DNA of 64,000 bases, taken from a virus. The stretch lies in IMG/VR virus record IMGVR_UViG_3300021197_001654, positions 1-64,000 of that record, one strand, 5' to 3'. Positions within the stretch are counted from its first letter, which is position 1. The number at the start of each line of letters is the position of its first letter. Below, one piece after another: positions 40,052 to 49,079 of the stretch. A model generated the notes under the pieces. That model was given only the letters and a program-made list of their open reading frames with translations. It was not told where the DNA came from and did no database searches. The translations under genes and the position numbers were made by a program.

Positions 40052-40381
40052 ATGGAAATCGAGATCATCAACTCACAGACCGGCGCGCTGCTGCTGTGCT
40101 CAACAAGAGAACAAGCAAACCTGCACCTCGCGGAACACGAAAACGCAATCGTCGAAGAGGTCGGCATCACCGAAGACGGCATGTACTACATGGTCGACTA
40201 CGACGAAGAGCAAATGTTCACCTTGTGTGACGCGTGCAACAACCCCATCGATCCTTCCGGAGATCCAATCTTTCTCGGAGATCCACTGCACGAACAAACT
40301 CTTCCAGCACCTGACAACGACTGCTCGTACAGCGGGACGTTCTGCTCAGACAACTGCTTCTCCTACCACTACCAACACTAA
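40052..40381 (+). CDS. Hypothetical protein with C-terminal Cys motif
   Basis: AGGAGG RBS; CDAC...FCSDNC. Confidence 0.7.
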   Translation: MEIEIINSQTGALLLCSTREQANLHLAEHENAIVEEVGITEDGMYYMVDYDEEQMFTLCDACNNPIDPSGDPIFLGDPLHEQTLPAPDNDCSYSGTFCSDNCFSYHYQH

Positions 40382-40405
40382 ACACTCACCGACCAGGAGG
40401 TCAAC

Positions 40406-40567
40406 ATGCCAGACGAAATCATGATCGTACTCAACACCACAGGCGAAATCATCTTCGAGCCATTCTCCATCGAACATGCTTTGGTATGGATCGACGATCA
40501 TTTTCTCAAGATCGTATCCATCGAAGACGACGCCACTGACCTGTCCTACATGGTCATCCCTGTCTAA
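40406..40567 (+). CDS. Small hypothetical protein (53 aa)
   Basis: GACCAGGAGGTCAACATG start; not in ORF track. Confidence 0.6.
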   Translation: MPDEIMIVLNTTGEIIFEPFSIEHALVWIDDHFLKIVSIEDDATDLSYMVIPV

Positions 40568-40592
40568 AACCAAACCGACCAAGGAGGTCAAC

Positions 40593-40868
40593 ATGACATA
40601 CTTCATCGAAATCAATTCCTCAAACAACCGTCCCGGAACAACATTGGTAGGTCGCTCGGGTAACCGGGTCGCATCCCGCCTACTACACGAGGTCAAAGAC
40701 AATCCAGACTTTGCGTTTCGCAACGAACATACTGCAAACCGGGCTCTCATCGAAGCGATCAACGACCTACGGCTCAAACGAGTCGAAGAAAACCGTGGCT
40801 TCACAACCGAGTACAAACTCAACTTGCTCAAGCGCCTCAACAACGCTCAATTCATTTCATGTAAATGA
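40593..40868 (+). CDS. Hypothetical protein
   Basis: AAGGAGGTCAACATG start. Confidence 0.7.
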   Translation: MTYFIEINSSNNRPGTTLVGRSGNRVASRLLHEVKDNPDFAFRNEHTANRALIEAINDLRLKRVEENRGFTTEYKLNLLKRLNNAQFISCK

Positions 40869-40984
40869 TTCCACTGCAGGTAAAACATCTCATCCAGTAG
40901 GTGCCAGATGTTTTCCCTTCTGTGTAATTACGCACACCGCAGTCGGTCGGTCACCGTCACCCTAAAACAAAATCAGGAGTCATC

Positions 40985-41614
40985 ATGACACCAAGTAAAG
41001 AAGCCGCCCTTCGTCGTCGCATCCTCAAGCCTTACTTCCTCACGGTTGACCAGGTTGCGCACTTCTACAAATCCGACTCTGTGACCTACGGGTTCCGTCG
41101 GGTCGAGAAGATTGTCGACGGCAAGAAGGTCATCACGGATTACCCCATTGAGGTTGCCCGTAAGTTGATTAACCCTCAGGACCCAAGCTGCCCTAACTGG
41201 CACTTCCTGACCAACAACCCCGAGACAGCCAGGGAACTCGCTCGTCTACTCCCACGTAGTCAGCGTCCCTGGATGAACGACCAACGTTCTACCTGGTCAT
41301 ACGGCCTGGAGAAAGATTGGTACGCTGAGCCTGCCTTCTCCATGTCCTACAAGGTACGCGTCAAGGAGTGGACAGGTCGCCCAGGCCCGAGACACGTAGG
41401 TCCCTTCTGGGTCCGAACTGCCAAGGCCAAGGCACCCACAACCTTCTGGCTCCAGGGTCGCAAGGTTGAGGCCGGAGACGTCAGCGACCTCCAGGTAGAT
41501 ACGACCCTCAACGGAGATGAACTCTCATACGTTGAGAAGGTTGCAATGCTCCGCGACAGAAAAGCTTGGTCCGCCGCGGTCCGAGCAGGCGAACTTCCCA
41601 GCTTCACAGAGTAG
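40985..41614 (+). CDS. Hypothetical protein (209 aa)
   Basis: AGGAG RBS; followed by hairpin CACCAG...CTGGTG. Confidence 0.75.
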   Translation: MTPSKEAALRRRILKPYFLTVDQVAHFYKSDSVTYGFRRVEKIVDGKKVITDYPIEVARKLINPQDPSCPNWHFLTNNPETARELARLLPRSQRPWMNDQRSTWSYGLEKDWYAEPAFSMSYKVRVKEWTGRPGPRHVGPFWVRTAKAKAPTTFWLQGRKVEAGDVSDLQVDTTLNGDELSYVEKVAMLRDRKAWSAAVRAGELPSFTE

Positions 41615-41698
41615 AAACCCATTGCATTCTCACCAGGCTCTCGGGTCTGGTGGGTTTGTTGTGCGCTTCAACTTCCCTAAACCAACCAGGAGGACAAC

Positions 41699-42085
41699 AT
41701 GTCCCGTCGTCAATACAAAGTAATCGTAGCCGGTTCGCGAACAGCAACAGGCCCATCCATCTACTCCCTACTCGAACGCAAGCTCGACTCCATACTCAAA
41801 AACAAATCCGTGACTCACGACATCGTGATTGTTTCCGGGACTGCACGTGGCGCGGATCTACTCGGCGAACAATACGCAAAGTCCCGTTCCTTCCAGGTCG
41901 AACGATACCCAGCTGACTGGACCACCTTCGGTAAACGGGCTGGGTACCTTCGCAACGAAGAGATGGCTATGAACGCCGACGCACTCGTAGCTCTGTGGGA
42001 TGGTGACTCGCGAGGCACCCAACACATGATCAATCTTGCAGGTAGACATCACTTGCCAACTCGAATCGTTTCCTTAGATCAATAA
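41699..42085 (+). CDS. SLOG-superfamily protein (DUF2493/YspA-like)
   Basis: VIVAGSR, IVSGTARGAD, PADW, AGYLRN, WDGDSRGTQHMI. Confidence 0.85.
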   Translation: MSRRQYKVIVAGSRTATGPSIYSLLERKLDSILKNKSVTHDIVIVSGTARGADLLGEQYAKSRSFQVERYPADWTTFGKRAGYLRNEEMAMNADALVALWDGDSRGTQHMINLAGRHHLPTRIVSLDQ

Positions 42086-42097
42086 CAGGAGTTCCGC

Positions 42098-42367
42098 ATG
42101 GATCCATTCATCTACCTACTTGTCTTCATCCTCACCACAACAACGGCAGTGCTTGCCAACCTGCACTTCGCCGACCAACGTGCCTTGCGCCGTAAAATAG
42201 CTGACCTCACCGAACGACTCGGGACACTACAGTATTACGCGACCGACGCCTGGTTCGACGACGACTACATCGCAGCAAACGACCGCGAGTCCGCCCGAGT
42301 ACAACGCCAAATCGATACGCTCACGGAACAGCTTCGCCCCATCCCCACAAACCCTAAACCTTTCTAG
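42098..42367 (+). CDS. Hypothetical protein with N-terminal hydrophobic helix
   Basis: AGGAG RBS; FIYLLVFILTTTTAVLA then coiled coil. Confidence 0.65.
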   Translation: MDPFIYLLVFILTTTTAVLANLHFADQRALRRKIADLTERLGTLQYYATDAWFDDDYIAANDRESARVQRQIDTLTEQLRPIPTNPKPF

Positions 42368-42375
42368 GATCACAC

Positions 42376-42612
42376 ATGTCTATCTCCCTCACCAAACCGA
42401 CCGACACCACCAATCGTTTGACCGCCGACGAACTCGAGAAGATGCAAGACGCCTTAGTCAAACTCAACCACATCACAAGTCGACTCGATGAGATTGAACG
42501 TGACCTCGCACCGATGCTCAAGCTTCGCGACCACCTCCAAGAACAACGTCGCGTACACACTATCGCTTTCTACCGCGCAATCGGACAACCCGACCCCAAC
42601 CCAAACAGGTAA
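42376..42612 (+). CDS. Hypothetical coiled-coil protein
   Basis: AGGA RBS. Confidence 0.65.
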   Translation: MSISLTKPTDTTNRLTADELEKMQDALVKLNHITSRLDEIERDLAPMLKLRDHLQEQRRVHTIAFYRAIGQPDPNPNR

Positions 42613-42618
42613 TCACCT

Positions 42619-42711
42619 ATGATACTACTCTTCCAAGCGTCACTCCTTCTCATCCTCAGCACACTGTTCAGCTTCGCTTACTTCACAGCACTGGACCCAC
42701 GGAGAAACTAA
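42619..42711 (+). CDS. Very small hydrophobic peptide (30 aa)
   Basis: MILLFQASLLLILSTLFSFAYFTALDPRRN; stop overlaps next ATG. Confidence 0.4.
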   Translation: MILLFQASLLLILSTLFSFAYFTALDPRRN

Positions 42712-42941
42712 TGCCCGACCTCAACCCACTCTTCTCGATATACTGGCACGACCCTACCGGACAACAAATCCGAGAGAAGTACCTCGAGCCGATCGAGCAA
42801 TGCAAAGAAGCATTCGACCGCCTAACGCAAGGACCAGCAGCACAGATGGGCCTAGTCAAGTCCATAATAATGACAGACTCATTAGACTGCTTAGTAGTAA
42901 AACTTACCCGCGAACGTGACTCTTGGGTTCGCACCGTCTAA
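42711..42941 (+). CDS. Hypothetical protein
   Basis: GGAG RBS. Confidence 0.65.
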   Translation: MPDLNPLFSIYWHDPTGQQIREKYLEPIEQCKEAFDRLTQGPAAQMGLVKSIIMTDSLDCLVVKLTRERDSWVRTV

Positions 42942-42970
42942 CAACAACCCAGTATTGCAAAGGAGCAATC

Positions 42971-43372
42971 ATGAACATCGTAATCATCCACGGAAACCTT
43001 GGCGCCGACCCAAAGCCAGGACAAACCAAGTCAGGTCTCGCTGTGTGCAACATGAGCGTCGCCACTAACGAACGCAAGCAAACCGACGGCGAGTGGGTCG
43101 ACCACACCGAGTGGCACCAAGTCACCGTCTTCGGCAAGCAAGGCGAAAACTGCAGCAAGCACCTGGCCAAGGGCTCGAAGGTTGTCATCAACGGCAAGCT
43201 CCGTACCCGCAAGTACACCGACAAGAACGGCGTAGAAAAGTACAGCACCGAGATCGTAGCCGACCGGGTTGAGTTCTCAGGCAAGAGCAACAACGCTCCA
43301 GCCACAACGACAGGCAGCATCCCGTCGTTCAACGGAACCTCATCATACGGCAACGACGAAATACCTTTTTAG
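42971..43372 (+). CDS. ssb: Single-stranded DNA-binding protein (bacterial type)
   Basis: GNLGADP, ATNE, TEWH, GKLRTRKY, C-terminal DEIPF. Confidence 0.93.
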   Translation: MNIVIIHGNLGADPKPGQTKSGLAVCNMSVATNERKQTDGEWVDHTEWHQVTVFGKQGENCSKHLAKGSKVVINGKLRTRKYTDKNGVEKYSTEIVADRVEFSGKSNNAPATTTGSIPSFNGTSSYGNDEIPF

Positions 43373-43383
43373 GGACAAGTAGT

Positions 43384-43660
43384 TTGCGGTCTGCTTTACT
43401 AAAACCGCACCCTTTATACGAGCCACGCCCAATCGCCATGGGATAGTCGGGGACCGTCCCCCGATGACATGAAGTGAGGTAGCCCCTCACAACAAAAAGG
43501 TCGGACCCCGAGTGCGCGTTCATTGCGTGCAGGCATACCGCTGGGGTCGGTGCGAGCGGCACCGTAAGAAGTGCGTCTGAACAGGTGCTGGCATTATCTG
43601 CCAGGAGTAGTCAGGCCGAGGATACTCGGAAGACTCGCCGTCGACGAGGCGACACTTCAC
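43384..43660 (+). ncRNA. Candidate structured non-coding RNA (unknown family; strand inferred from operon)
   Basis: About 300-nt gap with at least 8 short perfect stems and a possible closing helix TGAAGTG/CACTTCA. Confidence 0.45.
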
Positions 43661-43684
43661 CGCTCACCTTACCCAGGAGCAATC

Positions 43685-43867
43685 ATGCTTGAACCAAAAG
43701 GCCTCCCATTTAAACCAATCAGCGAATGGACAGACAAAGAACTCCAGCACGCGGTCGATACCGCTCCACACTTCCGCAAGGAAGACACCATCAACATGGC
43801 GGTGTGGATTGGGTGTCATGCCAGAGACGAACTTGAGAAACGAGCCAATACCAAGGAGCAGTCATGA
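43685..43867 (+). CDS. Hypothetical protein
   Basis: AGGAG RBS. Confidence 0.65.
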   Translation: MLEPKGLPFKPISEWTDKELQHAVDTAPHFRKEDTINMAVWIGCHARDELEKRANTKEQS

Positions 43868-44085
43868 CTAACGACGACCGCATCGCCTTGATCAACGACA
43901 CAACAACCATCGACTCTCTGAGCTTCGCGCTGGAACGATCGAACGAAACCACGCACGGCGATGGCAACTACGACAACTACTCGCTCGGTGACACTCAGAT
44001 CACCGCGAGCGATTGGCAGCAACATTGGACCAAATCAGACCGCATGTTCGACGAGATGTGGAACGGCACAACAACACAGGAGTGA
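43864..44085 (+). CDS. Hypothetical protein
   Basis: AAGGAG RBS, ATGA coupling. Confidence 0.65.
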   Translation: MTNDDRIALINDTTTIDSLSFALERSNETTHGDGNYDNYSLGDTQITASDWQQHWTKSDRMFDEMWNGTTTQE

Positions 44086-44087
44086 TC

Positions 44088-44378
44088 ATGAAAGTAGTTA
44101 TCAATGACTGTTACGGCGGATTCAGCCTAAGCCCCGCAGCCGAGGCCGCATGGGAATCACGCACACAACGCGAGTTCGAATCATGGGATATCCCACGTCA
44201 CGACCCAGACCTCGTTGCGATCGTAGAGCTATTCGGCAGAGACGCTGACGGCCCCTACGCTGAACTCACAGTCGAAACAATACCCGGCAACAAATACCGG
44301 ATCCACGAGTACGACGGCGCCGAAACACTTTACACGCCAGAGACCACCAAGTGGATCACCGTTGACAACCCCAAGTAA
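44088..44378 (+). CDS. Conserved hypothetical phage protein
   Basis: KVVINDCYGGFSLS...RHDPDLV...YRIHEYDGAE motif. Confidence 0.8.
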   Translation: MKVVINDCYGGFSLSPAAEAAWESRTQREFESWDIPRHDPDLVAIVELFGRDADGPYAELTVETIPGNKYRIHEYDGAETLYTPETTKWITVDNPK

Positions 44379-44440
44379 AACCATTTTCTGGTTTGCGTTT
44401 TATTTTAATCTATAGTATACCGTATTGGTAAGGAAAGAAC

Positions 44441-44695
44441 ATGAAAGACGACATAACAATCCACGGCGGACCTCACGCATTCGCACCGGGACTCATCGAC
44501 TGGTGTATGGGCTGCACCCGTACGACCTTCGACGAGGAAACTCGGGACGTAGGGGCGCGCATGTTCGCCCTGGCCGGGTTCCTACCTGAACTATCCGCGC
44601 AACACCTACGACAAATCGCACAAAAAACCGTCACCTACTCAATCAATGAAGAGGCAAACACCGTCACCCTACACACCACAGGAACCAACGCATGA
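44441..44695 (+). CDS. Hypothetical protein
   Basis: AAGGA RBS after AT-rich gap. Confidence 0.65.
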   Translation: MKDDITIHGGPHAFAPGLIDWCMGCTRTTFDEETRDVGARMFALAGFLPELSAQHLRQIAQKTVTYSINEEANTVTLHTTGTNA

Positions 44696-45141
44696 GAATC
44701 ACCGACATCGAACTCGAAGCCCTACGCAAATTCAACGGCGGCAAGAACGCCAAGATACTTGCCAACGACCTGGAGCCAGGAACCTACCCAGTCCAAGTGA
44801 CATTTACTTTAGCAGGCACACTAACAAAGGACGAACCCGGCACAACGACACGACGCACAACAGCCGGCAGCAACCACATCACTCGGTTCCTCCTGGACCA
44901 CGCCAGCCCTAAAATCGTGGACTACCTGATCGCGAACCTACCACGCATCCGCAAGGGCGAGTTCTCAGAATACGACCCACCACGCCTCGAACAACTCATG
45001 AACATCGTCATGCCATACCAAGAGATTGCAAGACAGGGTTCAACTACGTTCGCCGGCACAGCCATCATCGAGGACAACTACCTCGAAACCGGCCTGCCCG
45101 AAACAGACCACCCTGGCCTACGCCTGATGGCCCGAAGATAA
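44692..45141 (+). CDS. Hypothetical protein
   Basis: ATGA coupling. Confidence 0.7.
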   Translation: MRITDIELEALRKFNGGKNAKILANDLEPGTYPVQVTFTLAGTLTKDEPGTTTRRTTAGSNHITRFLLDHASPKIVDYLIANLPRIRKGEFSEYDPPRLEQLMNIVMPYQEIARQGSTTFAGTAIIEDNYLETGLPETDHPGLRLMARR

Positions 45142-45152
45142 GGAAACCTACT

Positions 45153-45449
45153 ATGAAACTCTACCAAGTATATCGATGGGAAAACGACGAAGGACCAACG
45201 GTTAGCTTCTACGCCAACAAAGCAGAGGCTACACGAGCAGCCAAAACCTTCGTAAAAGAAACCGACAATGACGCGGCGATAGAAGTATCCGTACTCAAAC
45301 TGCCCACAAAGAAGTCAGAACTAATCGACACATTAAACTGTATAGCCGCAACACGTGCGCACTACAGCGCCACACTGGTTGCATCGTATGACCCAGAGGA
45401 AGTACCTGACTACAACTCCGACAGCTTCTATAACGATGGAAGTGAGTGA
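45153..45449 (+). CDS. Hypothetical protein
   Basis: AAGGA RBS. Confidence 0.7.
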   Translation: MKLYQVYRWENDEGPTVSFYANKAEATRAAKTFVKETDNDAAIEVSVLKLPTKKSELIDTLNCIAATRAHYSATLVASYDPEEVPDYNSDSFYNDGSE

Positions 45450-45787
45450 TGCCACTTGCATACGTACCACCAGAAGAAGCCTTCGAGGTTTGCATTCAGT
45501 GTACCGAGGAGCAAATCCAACGGCACTGGCATCAAGTCCCGGTGTACCACGTCTACAAGGGAACCAACTTCCCTGACCCACTTGTCTACTGGTACACGTT
45601 CGACAAGTGCGAAAGTGAGGACAACGAGTTCGACATCCGAAGCCTGCCCACATGGAGCACCAGGGCTGAGGCGATGGGCTCCCTTAGTGAGCGCACAAGG
45701 TTTCACGAGAGCTTCCTGCAAGAGGCCCTGGACCGTGGACTGGTCCGCATCAACAACAACCAACTGACCACCGAAGGAGGTGAGTGA
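45446..45787 (+). CDS. Hypothetical protein
   Basis: Coupled to upstream stop. Confidence 0.65.
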   Translation: MMPLAYVPPEEAFEVCIQCTEEQIQRHWHQVPVYHVYKGTNFPDPLVYWYTFDKCESEDNEFDIRSLPTWSTRAEAMGSLSERTRFHESFLQEALDRGLVRINNNQLTTEGGE

Positions 45788-46011
45788 TGACACATGGCAT
45801 AGCAGTGATGGCCAAGTATCCACCGACTCACCCACGCTACCACGTTTGCCCTGAGTGGCACGCATGGGGCGGCCAGGTCTTCCAAACTAACGACCCAAAC
45901 CTCGAACGCCTCATAGAACAAACCAGTGAGGTCGCTCGACGAACCGGATGCTCAATACGAGTGCAACGACAACCCCTACCCAAAACCACAGAGGAGACAA
46001 CATGTCCTTAA
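45784..46011 (+). CDS. Hypothetical protein
   Basis: AAGGAGG RBS. Confidence 0.6.
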   Translation: MMTHGIAVMAKYPPTHPRYHVCPEWHAWGGQVFQTNDPNLERLIEQTSEVARRTGCSIRVQRQPLPKTTEETTCP

Positions 46012-46229
46012 ATTTTGACTGGCACATGAATGTACACATCGACAGCGCTGTTGTAGACATCGAAGTCAACTACGCCTGCGTAGAAATAGAGGTAAACGAC
46101 TTCAACGCAGACACAGTAGTCACGTTCGACAAAGACATGCTTGACGAATGTCTTGACATCGACAGCCTATTGATACTCCAGGAGCTATGCCGCGCAGAGT
46201 TAGCCCGCCGAAACAAGGACGAAGAATAA
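46002..46229 (+). CDS. Acidic hypothetical protein
   Basis: GAGGAG RBS. Confidence 0.6.
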   Translation: MSLNFDWHMNVHIDSAVVDIEVNYACVEIEVNDFNADTVVTFDKDMLDECLDIDSLLILQELCRAELARRNKDEE

Positions 46230-46507
46230 TGTTTCACATGATCACGGACAACATCCAGGCTTACAGACGTGCAGTCGCAGCTACCGCAACAGCGAAGTCA
46301 ATCACCCGACTCAATCCACACAGTACAAACATCGACGAACTCGTCAACTGCCAAGTAGACGAACAACTCAAGCTTGACGGACTGATGAGTATCATCGGAG
46401 CAGTAATCAAAAAAGCGGCCGCTGAACCACCCCACAACCCGTTCAGTATCAACGGCGATGTCAATCAACCCGACACATCACCACCCCCACCCACGAGAAA
46501 CTCATGA
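46229..46507 (+). CDS. Hypothetical protein
   Basis: TAATG coupling. Confidence 0.6.
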   Translation: MFHMITDNIQAYRRAVAATATAKSITRLNPHSTNIDELVNCQVDEQLKLDGLMSIIGAVIKKAAAEPPHNPFSINGDVNQPDTSPPPPTRNS

Positions 46508-46707
46508 ACCCACAACTGCACACGACCCAAACATTCGACTTTCGAATCAGCCAGTCAGATGCGGCCCTGCTATTCCAAGCCATCGGTTATGCGGACAGCG
46601 AAAACAACATCAAGAACTGTGTGTCAGACCAGGCTTACCAACGACTGCAGCGGATGTCCCGTCGCTTCGAAGACATTGCCTACACACTCGTCACCTACAC
46701 GGAATAA
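46504..46707 (+). CDS. Hypothetical protein
   Basis: ATGA coupling. Confidence 0.6.
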   Translation: MNPQLHTTQTFDFRISQSDAALLFQAIGYADSENNIKNCVSDQAYQRLQRMSRRFEDIAYTLVTYTE

Positions 46708-46710
46708 CAA

Positions 46711-47118
46711 ATGACCGGCGAACATGACGACAGCCAACAGTATTACTGCCCACACTGCCTCAAAGACTTCGGTCGAGGCCATCACTGCTGCGACTGTGAC
46801 ATAGAAGCAGACCGGCTACCAACTCTACCCAACCAGGTATTAGCTAGATGTACAAACCTCAAGTGTCGTACCCATACCTGGGACCATAATGACATCTCCG
46901 ACTGGGTCGACCAACATGGACGCATGAGGTTCTACATACCTGAAGAAGATGCAAACACATACAGCGGTGTGATCGACGTCCATCCTTTGATCGATCTCGG
47001 CACGTACGAATACGCCCACAAAGAAAAGATCTGCTGCTCTCTCTGTAACGAAGGCGCATCCTTTAATTCACTCACGGACCTCATAGTCACAACCCAAACC
47101 CAACAACAGGCACAGTAA
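46711..47118 (+). CDS. Cys-rich (zinc-binding) hypothetical protein
   Basis: CPHC...CCDC, CTNLKC, CCSLC. Confidence 0.65.
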   Translation: MTGEHDDSQQYYCPHCLKDFGRGHHCCDCDIEADRLPTLPNQVLARCTNLKCRTHTWDHNDISDWVDQHGRMRFYIPEEDANTYSGVIDVHPLIDLGTYEYAHKEKICCSLCNEGASFNSLTDLIVTTQTQQQAQ

Positions 47119-48047
47119 TGCAAATTCACAACACAACACCAGTAGCAGCCCCACGTCTCAACACATCAATCCCTCGAGCACGGGTCGCACCACTACCGCA
47201 ACTCAAGTCGCAACAAATCATGACCGTCGGCGCACCTGAAGCGTACCGCGCACCATACGAAGCAGTGTGTGCAGTACCCGTACCCGACAACACGTACCAT
47301 CCGACAACCGGTAACACCCAGTACCAAGCCGTTCCGTACGCATCGTTAATCAACGGCGCACGAGACGAGATGTCGAACATACTGAACGCTCCACCACTGT
47401 TCGAGACATACGCTCTCAACAAGTCCGGCAATCAGATGTTCGGTATGATCGGCTTCGGGTCAGGACACACCGGCCAGGCCATCACGGTCGCCATGCGTTC
47501 GAGCTACGACAAGACCATCGCCAACCAGGTAGCCATCGGCAGCGCACCATTCATCTGCGCAAACGGTTGTTTCTCCGGCGAGCATATGATCAGCGCCAAG
47601 CACACCACCAACGTCTTCGAGACACTGGGTAACATGCTGGGTGACATCACCGAGACTGCAATCACACCAGTACTCGAGCGTATCCAGATGATGGAAGACT
47701 GGAAGGATATACCTGTCCAGGACGACTTGTTCGGTGCATACATGGGTGTGTTGTTCTCTCGAGGACTCATCAAGCCCAACTCATTCACCGCAGCCTTCAG
47801 GTACTGGCGCGACTGCCACGACGGCAAGCTCCACAACGAGCACGGAACTAACGACCTGTTCTCCGCGTACCAAGCAGTCACGGCAGCAGGTCAGCGTAGC
47901 TCACCAGGTCAAGCCTTCCGTCACTTCGCAGGTATCGACCACGCGACCAAGGCAATCGCTCAAGCAGGTGGGTCAGTCACAGACGCGTACATCCCAGCGT
48001 TCGACTTGCAGATCCGTGAGTACGTCGACGTAGCAGAGGCCAAGTAA
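47118..48047 (+). CDS. DUF932-like protein
   Basis: QMFG...MRSSYDKT...GSAPFICANGCFSG...KHT pattern. Confidence 0.7.
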   Translation: MQIHNTTPVAAPRLNTSIPRARVAPLPQLKSQQIMTVGAPEAYRAPYEAVCAVPVPDNTYHPTTGNTQYQAVPYASLINGARDEMSNILNAPPLFETYALNKSGNQMFGMIGFGSGHTGQAITVAMRSSYDKTIANQVAIGSAPFICANGCFSGEHMISAKHTTNVFETLGNMLGDITETAITPVLERIQMMEDWKDIPVQDDLFGAYMGVLFSRGLIKPNSFTAAFRYWRDCHDGKLHNEHGTNDLFSAYQAVTAAGQRSSPGQAFRHFAGIDHATKAIAQAGGSVTDAYIPAFDLQIREYVDVAEAK

Positions 48048-48115
48048 TCCTTGTGGTTCGCCGGGTCATCCAGAAGCTCCAAAACCCGGCACTCCTCCAA
48101 CCTACAGGACCCAAC

Positions 48116-48433
48116 ATGCACTACACCACACACAACAACACCGACATCGACATCTTCGGCACCCACCTGCAGGGCTACATCGACTGCTCCTATCAGCGAC
48201 TGACAACCCTCTTCGGCAAACCAGACCCTACAACATCCTGGAAAGTAAACTGGGAATGGATCATAAAGTTCGACGACGGCACAGTAGCCACAGTGTACGA
48301 CTGGAAGTCCGGTTCCCGACTACGCGACATCGACGGCGACCGAGACACAGCAATCGTCCAGTGGAACATCGGCGGACACAACCGCAAGGCTCTCGACTAT
48401 CTGTACGACACCATCAACACAGACACCGCGTAA
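48116..48433 (+). CDS. Conserved hypothetical phage protein
   Basis: GTHLQGYI...LFGKP...KVNWEW...ATVYDWK...WNIGG. Confidence 0.75.
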   Translation: MHYTTHNNTDIDIFGTHLQGYIDCSYQRLTTLFGKPDPTTSWKVNWEWIIKFDDGTVATVYDWKSGSRLRDIDGDRDTAIVQWNIGGHNRKALDYLYDTINTDTA

Positions 48434-48498
48434 CGCTTTCGCGCAGTTGGGGATCTGCGGTGAACGGAACCAAAATCCCCCCTATCAACGGAGCAACC

Positions 48499-48675
48499 AT
48501 GTCCTACCCAGACGATTGGGGCAACGGCTACACACTGTGCCCTACATGTAAACACTACTTCCACAAAAGCGGCACCATGGAATGCATCTGCATCCAGTGC
48601 GCATCACCAGACTGCGACGAACTCGTAGACCCACAGGAGAAAACATGCAACGACTGCACGACGGACTCAGAGTAG
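48499..48675 (+). CDS. Small Cys-rich protein
   Basis: GGAG RBS; multiple CxxC. Confidence 0.5.
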   Translation: MSYPDDWGNGYTLCPTCKHYFHKSGTMECICIQCASPDCDELVDPQEKTCNDCTTDSE

Positions 48676-49055
48676 AAGCCTACTGGAACCTGCGCCGAAA
48701 AACCTGGAGCATCCGGTACAAAGGCCGAGTCATCGCGCACAAAACAGCACTGACCTTACGTGATGTAACCTGGGTAGTGCAGCCAGCAGGACGTGACCGC
48801 GTACGCAGAGAGCGGCGAAAAAACGTCCACGCCATGGCACGCGGCACAGTGCATATGCCGAAACACCCAGACCCAGTACAGTGGAACCGCTACTGCGCAT
48901 CCATCACGTACAACCCATACAAGCACGACCAGTTCGTCTACTGCGAAGACGACCACCCGATCCGCAAAAGCCAGATGGGTTTCCTATCTACCACCTTCAT
49001 CGTAACCCGGGACACTCGAATCCCATCCGTACAAATCCTCGGCCACATCGCCTAA
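48645..49055 (+). CDS. Conserved hypothetical phage protein
   Basis: YWNLRRKTWS...GRVIAH...RKNVHA...TYNPYK; AGGAG RBS. Confidence 0.75.
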   Translation: MQRLHDGLRVEAYWNLRRKTWSIRYKGRVIAHKTALTLRDVTWVVQPAGRDRVRRERRKNVHAMARGTVHMPKHPDPVQWNRYCASITYNPYKHDQFVYCEDDHPIRKSQMGFLSTTFIVTRDTRIPSVQILGHIA

Positions 49056-49079
49056 CCCCCCCGCAAAACAGGAACAACC

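Noticed and set aside
43440-43500. Hammerhead ribozyme (CCGATGA near stems)
   Set aside because: Core is not CUGAnGA and no correctly placed GAAA partner was found
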